A stretch of DNA of 64,000 bases from Macrostomum lignano (Eukaryota): NCBI GenBank assembly GCA_002269645.1, contig NIVC01000312.1, positions 124,001 through 188,000 on the forward strand. Direction: 5' to 3'. Of the stretch, positions 40,913 to 51,745 are shown piece by piece. A model generated the notes under the pieces. The model ran no database searches. It worked only from the letters and a program-made list of their open reading frames with translations, and was not told the DNA's origin. The position numbers and the translations under genes are program-made. The number at the start of each line of letters is the position of its first letter. Positions within the stretch are counted from its first letter, which is position 1.

Positions 40913-41439
40913 ATTGAGACTAAGTGCGGCATATCCATCTTACGTCTATGGTCCGAAGTAAGTAGCTTCCGAGAAGTACCCGTCTGTTATCTTAAGCTTT
41001 ATAAAATTGGTACATGGTAAAAGTTGTTCATGGGCGCACAGATTCTCCAAAACAACAGAATCAAGGGCATTCGCTAATCAGCCTATCTGCTAAAAAACTG
41101 AATCAATGGAAAAATTGTTTTCTTTTTTTCGCAAGACAATTCGCAAAAAATAATATCATCTGTTTAGTCTTTATTCAAACTGGTGTGTAAATGAGTAAAC
41201 AACGCAATGATGTACATGTACATTGAATGCATGAAAAATTGTATCAAAATGCAATGGGAAAAACAATTTCAACTGCAGATTTAAATTTTTCGTACTTACC
41301 ACTAAGATGTTACTACTGCAAGTAAGAGGAGTAGGAATCTATCTAGAACGTCTTAAATAGATAAAGTGGAAACAATGCAATTAAAAAACAAAAACATAGT
41401 AAATGCCAACTGAGATTGCACTCTTGTTGTCACTTTAAG

Positions 41440-41745
41440 GGAATTTGTTTGGGGGATTAGTCGCTCTGAGGAAGCTCATTCGGAGATATTAGTCGCTCTC
41501 AGAGAATTCATTCGGGCGAATTAGTCACTTTAAGAGGGGAATTCATGTGGGGAATTAGTCAATTTAAGAGAATAATTCATGTGGGAAATTAGTCATTTTA
41601 AAAGGAGAATTAATTTAAGGAATTAGTCACTTTAGGAGGGGAATTCATTTAGGGAATCAGTCACTTTAGGAGAATTCATTCGGACGAATTAGTCACTTTA
41701 AGAGGGGAATTTATTCGGGCGAATTAATCCTGGGGGAATTAGTCA
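41440..41745. repeat. Degenerate repeat of about 30 bp (GAATTAGTCACTTTAAG core) abutting the CNTD1-like stop codon
   Basis: About 9 units; the last overlaps the TGA. Confidence 0.85.
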
Positions 41746-44240
41746 CTGCAGCAGGAATTCATCCGACGCCACAGTCTCAGCAGCCAGCTGCGAGAAGATG
41801 AGGCCAGTGCAGGCCAAAACCAGTCCAACGGGCTGTCCGGTGACATCAGCCAGAAGGCCGGCCAGCTCCCGCAGACAGTTGCTAGGCCGTTGCTGGGCAG
41901 GCAGCAGGGCGGCTGCGCAGACAATAGGAGCCACGGTATGCAGGCAGAGCAGCCGACGCCGCCTTAGGCAATGGCCGTCAAGATTGGCTAATTGGCTGTC
42001 ATCGGCCCTGTACAGCAGGTCGCAGCGCCTGTAGCAGAAATTGATAATCCTGCGAAGCTGATCGAAAATCGACTGTCCGACAGTTAAAAATGCAAACCGG
42101 CGGCCCAGCTCGGCCAGATGATAGGCGGCTACCTCGACTGCGCAGTCGAAATTTAACGAATATTTCAGAGCGGCGAAGGCCAGTTGCTCTGTCTCCACGT
42201 ATTGGCGCCTCGCAGCCCGGCGGCTGTGCCCTGCCAGCGGCGGCACCCCCAGCAAGTCCAGCAAGTCGACAGCGTCGGTTTTGCCGAATAGAATTCGAGA
42301 AGCGCGCAGTTTCATGGCCAGCGAAAACGCCACGGTCAGCACTGTGAGCGGGAATTTGCGCCGGACAGACTGGAAAGTTATTAAGAAAAATATGAAGCTT
42401 TTTATTATTTCATTTAAGCTGACCTACTAGCGGTAGTAAAGTTTGCAAACGCTTAGAAATTCGATAAAAATACTTTACGACAAGACCATCTTAAGGTTGC
42501 TTATACCATTGTAATTGAATTCTCAAAGTAGTTTATGGCAGATTCTTTAAGGTAGTTCGGTGAGGCTCTGCAACCATGCAAACCATAACCCTAACTTAAA
42601 AACCATAACCCCAACCAAAAAACCATAAGCCAAAACAAAAACTATAGCCCTAACCTAAATAACCATAACACTAACCTAAAAACTAACACTCCTAACCTAA
42701 AAACCGAAACCTTTAACCCAAAAACCATAACGCTAACCTAAAATCATTATCCTAACCTAAATCCGAAACTTCTAACCTAAAAACTTAAACTCTTACTAAA
42801 AACCATAACCCTAACCTAAAAACCATAACCCTAACCTAAAAACCATAACCCTAACCTAAAAACCATAACCCTAACCTAAAAACCATAACCCTAACCTAAA
42901 AACCATAACCCTAACCTAAAAACCATAACCCTAACCTAAAAACTAACACTCCTAACCTAAAAACCGAAACCTTTAACCCAAAAACCATAACGCTAACCTA
43001 AAATCATTATCCTAACCTAAATCCGAAACTTCTAACCTAAAAACTTAAACTCTTACTAAAAACCATAACCCTAACCTAAAAACCATAACCCTAACCTAAA
43101 AACCATAACCCTAACCTAAAAACCATAACCCTAACCTAAAAACCATAACCCTAACCTAAAAACCATAACCCTAACCTAAAAACCATAACCCTAACCTAAA
43201 AACCATAACCCTAACCTAAAAACCATAACCCTAACCTAAAAACCATAACCCTAACCTAAAAACCATAACCCTAACCTAAAAACCATAACCCTAACCTAAA
43301 AACCATAACCCTAACCTAAAAACCATAACCCTAACCTAAAAACCATAACCCTAACCTAAAAACCATAACCCTAACCTAAAAACCATAACCCTAACCTAAA
43401 AACCATAACCCTAACCTAAAAACCATAACCCCAACCTAAAAACCATAACCCCAACCTAAAAACCATAACCCTAACCTAAAAACCATAACCCTAACCTAAA
43501 AACCATAACCCTAACCTAAAAACCATAACCCTAACCTAAAAACCATAACCCCAACCAAAAAACCATAAGCCAAAACAAAAACTATAGCCCTAACCTAAAT
43601 AACCATAACACTAACCTAAAAACTAACACTCCTAACCTAAAAACCGAAACCTTTAACCCAAAAACCATAACGCTAACCTAAAATCATTATCCTAACCTAA
43701 ATCCGAAACTTCTAACCTAAAAACTTAAACTCTTACTAAAAACCATAACCCCAACCTAAAAACCATAACCCCAACCTAAAAACCATAACCCCAACCTAAA
43801 AACCATAACCCCAACCTAAAAACCATAACCCCAACCTAAAAACCACAACCCTAACCTAAACCAGAAGATAGTTTCACCTGGCTACTCCGCCGGAACGGGA
43901 AGCGATTCCCCCACTCCACGCAGATCCAGTACCGCAGCAGCCGGCAGAAGATTTCCACAGCTAGCCTGGCAACACCGCCGGACAGTCTCAGCAGGCGACA
44001 GATCGTGAACAGCAGACGAGCTGATTCGGCGATAGTCTGCTGAAGCCGGGCATCCAGCCGGCCGCAGCGGATTAAATAAACATTTAGCGACCGATCCCGG
44101 GGACGACAAACTCCTGTGGCCAGCTGGGGAAACCGACGACCAGTGATGTCGATAAGACCCGGCGGCAGCCAGGGAGGCGGGCGAGAAGTCGGCAGCTGGA
44201 GAAGATAGCAAGCTATCGACATACGGATTATGCCGTGCAC
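41743..44240 (-). CDS. CNTD1: Cyclin N-terminal domain protein, CNTD1/COSA-1-like (exons about 44240-43878 and 42369-41743; start codon uncertain)
   Basis: LLFTICRLLRLSGGVARLAVEIFCRLL, RKFPLTVLTVAFSLAMKL, ETEQLAFAALKYSLN and LADVTGQPVG follow the motif order I recall for CNTD1 (YQAVEILERF, NKFTLRLVSCVQLASKL, ESELDVLKSLNF, LQSITG). Phase-0 intron. Confidence 0.68.
42585..43860. repeat. 20-bp telomere-like minisatellite AACCATAACCCTAACCTAAA in the CNTD1-like intron
   Basis: Contains CCCTAA in most units. A degenerate block recurs at about 42.6, 42.94 and 43.55 kb. Confidence 0.95.
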
Positions 44241-44424
44241 TCTTCTGGTGTCGTTGCCGCCGTCGCTGCTGCCATTGTCGCTTTTGTGAAGCCTGTGGAT
44301 GCTGCCACGTTGCGGGCGACGGCTGCTGCTGAAAGTTAGCAGACGGAGAGCTCATTAGCACAGAAAATGTGCAATAGAGCCTGCACTGCAACAGAAGCGA
44401 CGTTTTATAAGGTCGACAGTTTAA

Positions 44425-45290
44425 CTGCTAGGGTGCACCTGAGTAACTGCTAGGGTGCACCTGAATAACTGCTAGGGTGCACCTGATTAACTGCTAGGGT
44501 GCACCTGATTAACTGCTAGGGTGCACCTGATTAACTGCTAGGGTGCACCTGATTAACTGCTAGGGTGCACCTGATTAACTGCTAGGGTGCACCTGATTAA
44601 CTGCTAGGGTGCACCTGATTAACTGCTAGGGTGCACCTGATTAACTGCTAGGGTGCACCTGAATAACTGCTAGGGTGCACCTGAATAACTGCTAGGGTGC
44701 ACCTGAATAACTGCTAGGGTGCACCTGAATAACTGCTAGGGTGCACCTGAATAACTGCTAGGGTGCACCTGAATAACTGCTAGGGTGCACCTGAATAACT
44801 GCTAGGGTGCACCTGAGTAACTGCTAGGGTGCACCTGAGTAACTGCTAGGGTGCACCTGAATAACTGCTAGGGTGCACCTGAATAACTGCTAGGGTGCAC
44901 CTGAGTAACTGCTAGGGTGCACCTGAATAACTGCTAGGGTGCACCTGAATAACTGCTAGGGTGCACCTGATTAACTGCTAGGGTGCACCTGAATAACTGC
45001 TAGGGTGCACCTGATTAACTGCTAGGGTGCACCTGAATAACTGCTAGGGTGCACCTGATTAACTGCTAGGGTGCACCTGATTAACTGCTAGGGTGCACCT
45101 GATTAACTGCTAGGGTGCACCTGATTAACTGCTAGGGTGCACCTGATTAACTGCTAGGGTGCACCTGATTAACTGCTAGAGTGCACCTGATTAACTGCTA
45201 GGGTGCACCTGAATAACTGCTAGGGTGCACCGGAGTAACTGCTAGGGTGCACCTGAATAACTGCTAGGGTGCACCTGAAACTTCACCTGA
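44425..45290. repeat. 22-bp minisatellite TAACTGCTAGGGTGCACCTGAW directly upstream of the CNTD1-like gene
   Basis: About 39 units with a palindromic GGTGCACC core. Confidence 0.97.
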
Positions 45291-46069
45291 ATATCAGATA
45301 GGTGGCACCTGAGTAACTTTACAGGAAAAGGATGCCGCATAGGCTAGAACCAGTAAACATAAGTATAAAGCAACACGCAAAAGAATACATGAGTAAAAGT
45401 GCCCACAAACTGCGGGACACAATCAGCTTGAATGTATTTCAGCTTGAACAGAATAAAACTTTTTTCATTGAAATTTTTAGAACCAGTAGTAATGATCAAA
45501 AGAAAAAATTCAGATTTCAGCTGATATATTAATTATGCGACTAGAATACATACTTATTACAGCTAAATATGGATCCTTAATGCCATAAATAATAATACAC
45601 AATAAAGAACTCTGCAAGCATGACATCAGCACATCCCGAATTGGAAGAAATACTTTACAGAGATTAAATAAACAGCATAAACAGTTATATCTGTTATATC
45701 TAAATACAAATCTATGTATTCTAGTTCTAACAAGATCAAATAAAGGTCGTTAGTCCGGTTATCGACTGGGAACACAGGGGTCAGATACTGACAAAAGGCC
45801 TGCCAACTTAAGCTCATAAAGTAGAGTCCCTAATTATCCCCTTGCTTATTCTTCCCTATCCAAAGTACAACTTTCGTCACTTTCTCCACTTTGAGCTTTA
45901 TTTGACAGGCCCTTTATTAACGTAAAAGGGTGTGTCCGTTAGGGGTCAGTTCAAGGTCACAGAGGTCAACTGAAGGTCAAAAGAATGTGTCATTTACTTT
46001 CGTTAAGTCAATGTAATTAACACACGAGGTCATAACCGGACCACCCAAGGTCGCACAGTGCCGAATCTA

Positions 46070-46400
46070 GGTCACACGGGGGTCACGTAGGGACAATTAC
46101 CCCAAGGTCACACGGGGGTCACGTAGGGAAAATTACCCCAAGGTCACACGGGGTCACGTAGGGACAATTACCCTAAAGTCACACGGGGGTCACGTAGGGA
46201 CAATTACCCAAAGGTCACACGGGGTCACGTAGGGACAATTACTCCAAGGTCACACGGGGGTCACGTAGGGACAATTATCCCAAGGTCACACGGGGGTCAC
46301 GTAGGGACGACTACCCCAGGTTCACACGGGGTCACGTGGGGACAATTACCCCAAGGTCACATGGGGTCACATAGGGACAATTATGATCGAAAGGGTCTTA
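46070..46400. repeat. 35/36-bp minisatellite GGGGTCACGTAGGGACAATTACCCCAAGGTCACAC 3' of KCTD3
   Basis: Directly visible. Confidence 0.92.
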
Positions 46401-46488
46401 ACGGGTCACGTCGGGACAAAGCTACATTCAAATAGTGTCTCTAGCTTAAGCCGTGGGAAGTCAAGGTCACACGAGGTCACGCGCAGGC

Positions 46489-49400
46489 TCAGGTGTCCGG
46501 CAGGCCGCTAGACACGCTGCTAGACGGCGTCAGGTGGCAGCTCTCCAACAGGCTGACTAATTCGCGCGGCGTCGGCCCGCCGACGTGACCGGAGAAGCCG
46601 CTGCCGGAGCAACCGCCGCCGGAAGCGGTCGCGGCGATTGTTGCAGCAGCCGCCGTAGCCGCGGTCACGTGACGTTGGGTGGCAACGCCAGCCGAAGCCC
46701 CGGACAAAAGGCAGCTGGGCGGTCGGGCGCCGGCGTCGGAGTTCGGCGGCAGCTGCTCCAACGCGGTGGTCAGATCCCACATCTGCAGACTGCCGTTGGC
46801 GTGGCCGGTGATGAGGTAGCGCCGCGGCCGGGATCCCAGTCGCGAGCTGCAGCCCTCGTATTCGTGAGTGGCAAAGGCGGTGATTGCCGAGCCGTCAACA
46901 GAACGGATTGTGCAGACTCGACGGCCGTTCGGTGCCAGCCGGATGAAGAGGGAACTGGCAGCTGGGAGCACCTGAGATTGGGAGGCGGGTGGGGATAGGG
47001 ATAGCCTCATGGGATACGGAACCAATGGGATATGGAACCAATGGGATACGGAACCAATGGGATACGGAACTAATGGGACACGGAACCAATAGGATACGGA
47101 ACCAATGGAATACGGAACCAATGGGATACGGAACCAATGGGATACGGAACCAATAGGATACGGAACCAATGGGATACGGAACCAATGGGATACGGAACCA
47201 ATGGGATACGGAACCAATGGGATACGGAATCAATGGGATACGGAACCAATAGGATACGGAACAAATGGAATACGGAACCAATGGGATACGGAACCAATGG
47301 GATACGGAATCAATGGGATACGGAACCAATGGGATACGGAACCAATGGGATACGGAATCGATAAAGCCAATCTAAAGAAATCGCACCTGTTGCACAAAGA
47401 TCTGCAGATCGTCTTTTTCGCCGTGCGGCCCCGGATGCCGACCGGGCGAGCAGCTGAAGTGCAACACGTGAAAGCTAGCTAGTGGCGTACTGCCGGGCTG
47501 GGTGCTGATCATGCCGCGAAATCGGGTCACCTGCCAGCTGCGCACGTGACCCAACTCTGAGCAGACGCTGATCAGATGCCGCTCGGATAAGCTGACATGC
47601 TCCACTGGCCGGCGATGAACGCTGAATGTCTGGAATAGCTGAGGCGCGTGACCCGGCGTCTCCGGGTGCTGTACTATGACGCGTACGAGGCCGCTGGCTG
47701 TGCCGTAGGCAATCTCTAGCCATTTGCCGCCAGATAGGGATGTCTTGGGAGTCAGGTAGACGCTGAGCGAGGTGACAGCCTCTTGGCTGGGGTCGCGGTA
47801 TAGTTCTGTCACTAGCAGGTCGTTGTCTTTCAGTCGCATCTAGTTAAAAATAGGTCATTGGTAGATAGAAACAGGAGTGAGTGGGCTGAGTAATCGGGCA
47901 TACTTCAAAGTCGCCAGGGGTCAAAGTCTGGAGAAACATCTAAAGTCACACGGGTCATTGGGTCAAGTAGAGATAAGCCTCCAGCGCCACGCGTGGTTAC
48001 TTCGGGACAAATCTGAAGGTCACGCGGGGTCACTTCGGGACGAATCTGAAGGTCACTCGGAGCCACTTCGGGACGAACATGAAGGTCACTCGGGGCCACT
48101 TCGGGACGAACATGAAGGTCACGCGGGGTCATTTCGGGACGAATCTGAAGGTCACTCGGGGCCACTTCGGGACGAACATGATGGTCACGCGGGGTCACTT
48201 CGGGATGAATCTAAAGGTCACTCGGGGTCAGCTCGGGACGAATCTGAAGGTCACTCGGGGTTACTTCGGGACGAATCTAAAGGTCACTCGAGGTCATTTC
48301 GGGACGAATCTGAAGGTCACTCGGGGTTACTTCGGGACAAAAGGTCACAGTGGTCACGTAGGGCCAGAGCCGCCAGACTCAAGGTCACGCATAGTCACTG
48401 AATTAAAAAACAGTGGGGAATGTGTGAGAGAAACATGCGACTTACAGGCAGTTTCTCCATGTCAATATGACAGATTTGGCCATTGGCGCAGCCTAGCAAC
48501 AAAAACTCGCTACCGGCAACGTCCAGACTGGTTACTGGGGCGCCAATCGCTTGCAATTGCCAGCTGCCTGTGGCGTGGTGCAACACACCAAGTGCACCGG
48601 CTCGCCTGGGTGATGTTGTTCGTGAGGTTCACCATTATAGCCAAGGAAAAACTCTCAAGTACAAAGGAGACTGAATGTCTTAAAAGCATTAAAAAAACGA
48701 AGAGACAAACAATGGTGACTAAGTTTATACCTCAACAATTTAGTGCCTCCCCAGTGGGGGGGCAAGATTGCTAGTCTAATATACTAAAAAATTTCTTAAA
48801 CAAAGTCCAACTTGTAAAACCCCATCGGAGCAAAGATACGTAGGTAATAAAAATAATCGATTTTGAAGCTAGGAAATTGTCAATCTAGTGTTTAACAGCT
48901 CACCTGCTGACAGCTACCAGCTGGTTGCTAACAAACAGCAGGTCATCAACTGGACCGGGGCTTTTCAATTCTCTAGGCGGTGCGGCGCTAACTGCGGCGA
49001 CGGGGGCAGCGGCAGGGTCGGAGCCCGAACCCGTCGTCGTGTCGTCGACGCCGCCACTGCCAACGCCGCCGCCTGCCGCCGTCTCGGGCACGGCGAACAG
49101 CAGGACGCGATGATCGCCGCCGGAGCTAGCCACGCCCAGCAGGCGGTGATCTCGGGCGCTGGCCCCACTGAGACGGCCGCTGAGAGCTAGTCGGTGCACG
49201 CGGTCAGGAAAAGCGCCCGTCTGACTCTGCCACACCGGCTGCCAACCGGCCGCCTCCTTTAACCGGTACAGACGGACAGCGTCGTGGGTGGCCACGGCTA
49301 GCCAGGACTGCTGGCAGCGGATCAGGGTCACCTGCCGGCCAGTGGCAGAAGGAAGTGGAACTTATCAAAGGGCCAATGAGAAGGAAGCCGGAATCGGAAC

Positions 49401-50010
49401 TTATCAAAGGGCCAGTGAGAAGAAGAAGAAGGAAGCGGAACTTATCAAAGGGCCAGTGAGAAGAAGAAGGAAGTGGAACTTATCAAAAAGTCAGTTAGTG
49501 CAGACAAATGTTACTGATAAAAGATGCAATGAAGCTACACACCTCCTGTCCATCAATAGCGCTGATGTGGGCATGAAAATAGACACTGCCGCAGGCGCCA
49601 TAGTAGGCCTCCTCACAGAGGCTCAGCTTCCTAGACAGGCATGTGACTCCATAGAATTCGGCTTCATTTTTCAGTGCCAACCAATCGACATTATCGCTGC
49701 TAGGCAGGTCCCTGGTGCGCAGGTAGTTAAGGATCAGGGAGAATAGCTTGGGATCGCGATCGATAAAGATGGCACCAGTCTCGTCTCGCTGAGTGTCTAG
49801 ACTGCCATTGAGCAAAGCTCGAAAAAATGTGTCTGGGATAGATAACAGAGTCTGCTGCGATGTTGAGAACCTGTTAAGTAAGAATATTGCATTGTCATCA
49901 TATTTCTACAAAAATTAGTAGAAAAAATACTACAAGTTTTAATTTTAATTAGCTTACCTTTTCCCACCAACATTAAAGTTGATTATATCTGATTTAATGC
50001 TATTTGGCAT
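46489..50010 (-). CDS. KCTD3: BTB/POZ plus WD40-repeat protein KCTD3/SHKBP1, 6 exons (50010-49958, 49870-49543, 49331-48904, 48605-48446, 47839-47387, 46971-46489), about 634 aa
   Basis: [99 protein letters not shown]. All junctions are in phase. Confidence 0.95.
47010..47360. repeat. 16-bp minisatellite ATGGGATACGGAACCA in KCTD3 intron 5
   Basis: Directly visible. Confidence 0.96.
47985..48400. repeat. 33-bp minisatellite GAAGGTCACTCGGGGYCACTTCGGGACGAATCT in KCTD3 intron 4
   Basis: The 11-aa periodicity [11 protein letters not shown] equals 33 bp. Confidence 0.94.
49350..49490. repeat. Repeat of about 35-40 bp (GGAACTTATCAAAGGGCCAGTGAG core, 4 copies) in KCTD3 intron 2
   Basis: Directly visible. 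Confidence 0.85.
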
Positions 50011-50544
50011 AACAATCTTTGATCTAAAATGTTAAAAAAATATCAATTTAAACTAATACCTTATTTATATTGGACTAAAAAGATCTATATATTATTCAAG
50101 AATAAAGAATAAGGCCCAAGTTATTAATTATATCTAGAATTCTATTATAATCATAACTATAGCTAGCTACAGCTATAAAATGCTAAGTGATTAAATAAAA
50201 TAGGTAGCTATACAAATAGCCTATTTGAAAAAATTATAGAGATTAAAATATTTTACCAATACCTAGTGACTTAAGAAAATAGAAACAATCAAAATTCTAG
50301 TAAAATTTGTCAGAATTAATAAGACAAGCTAAAATGCAACCTGCTCTACTTTATATTGGTATAAAAAGAAAGTTAAATACTTTGTACACAAGATTTTTCT
50401 TTAATTATCTGCAGGGCCCCTCTCAATTTCTTTATAAAATAGTCACCGTTTAGTTAATTTGAATTCACGCCAAAACTAAGAAACATATTTTGTTTTAATA
50501 CTCATATTTTCTATAATATTTTGCGCTAACGAATTTTTGTTTAA

Positions 50545-51088
50545 AACTGTAGCAAATTTTAGTATAAATAGAAGCGATTTCAGTGGAGGAGAAGACAACC
50601 TTGCGCATTGCAGTTCACTAACAAAATAGTTGATAACGAATAGTAAGAGTTCCAAGAAAATAAGAATTGAAGAAGTGCTTTCTGTGTTGATTCTTTTTAA
50701 GAAGTGAGAGTGAAATAGACTGAAGAGTATACAGTACTTACATACTATTGAGAAGCAGCAGTATTGAGTAGTAAGAGAATACGAAGCAGATCTGAAGTGA
50801 TACGTGTAAGAATAACCGGAGGCTGTGATCCTCTGATCTTGGTAACGCCCAAGGACTTGCAAAGTACATGGAATACATATACCAGTATAGCCAATAGACC
50901 ACTCAGGCCAAAAGTACAGTGAACACTACTGGAATCAGAATAAACGCTACCAGAATAACAGAGGAGTAAAATCTTTTAGGGCTAATAGTTTTCTAAGAAT
51001 AATACTCAGACTAAATACTCAGACTAAATACGCAGACTAAATTCTCAGACTTATTCTAAAATTAATAAACTCATAATTTATTAATACA
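50545..51088 (+). mobile_element. Possible LTR (left boundary uncertain), ending AATAAA...TAATACA just before a PBS-like TGGTGGCAGC
   Basis: TATAAATA at 50563, TCAGT at 50580, a 13-bp repeat CTCAGACTAAATA x4 at about 51005-51055, AATAAA at 51064, CA at 51087-88 and TGGTGGCAGC at 51096. No partner LTR found in the window. Confidence 0.45.
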
Positions 51089-51412
51089 ATAGTCTTGGTG
51101 GCAGCTACCAACATTTATAAACAGGAGTTTAGCCCTTTGACAACTTAAGTGACAGCTGTGGAATCATTTGTAGGGACAGAAGTTATCCCTAGCACAATTT
51201 TGGTTGCAGCGGTGGGATAATTCTAGAGAGCTAAAAGGCCTGTAACAACTTGGTGTCAGCAGTTGAGATTTAAATAGAGAGAAAAAGAACCACTGTGACA
51301 ACTAGGTGGCATTTAGTGGGATTAAAATTGATAAAGATAGAAGAATACCCATTGCTACAACTTTGGTGTCAGAAGTGGGATCTCATATCGTATAGGAAAA
51401 CCCACTATTACA
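51082..51412 (+). other. Array of six LTR-end/tRNA-Leu PBS-like units with variable spacers
   Basis: PBS-like motifs start at 51096, 51147, 51201, 51251, 51304 and 51364, each preceded by ..ACA plus 3-7 nt. The motif at 51364 is TGGTGTCAGAAGTGGGAT, the complement of the tRNA-Leu(CAA) 3' 18-mer as I recall it. Confidence 0.85.
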
Positions 51413-51539
51413 ATTACATTAGAAATATTTTTTATTTTGGCTATATGTGGCCCTTAAAACCTTTCTATCTAGCCCTTGGGTCCTCTAAAACTTTACAATG
51501 GCAATCTGGCTTACTCAAGGTTTGTCAATTGTGTATCTA

Positions 51540-51745
51540 CTTAGCTCTTTCTCTTCTCTCTCTTTTTTTCTTTGCTCTTCCTTTCTTCTCTTTTATTCTT
51601 TCTCTTTTCTCTATTCTCTTGTTCTTTTCCTTCTCTTTATCTCTCTTTCCTTTATCCCCTCTTTTTCTCTTCCCCTTATCTTCTTTCTTCTCTTTCCTTT
51701 TTCTTTTTTCTTCCCTTTCCCCTTTCATTTCTTTTCTTCTTTCTA
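51540..51745. repeat. Polypyrimidine (T/C) low-complexity tract
   Basis: Directly visible. Confidence 0.9.

Noticed and set aside
51082-51412. Calling the PBS array a true CRISPR array
   Set aside because: The context is eukaryotic, there are no cas genes, the repeats are degenerate, and the conserved part is explained by tRNA complementarity. The resemblance is architectural only.
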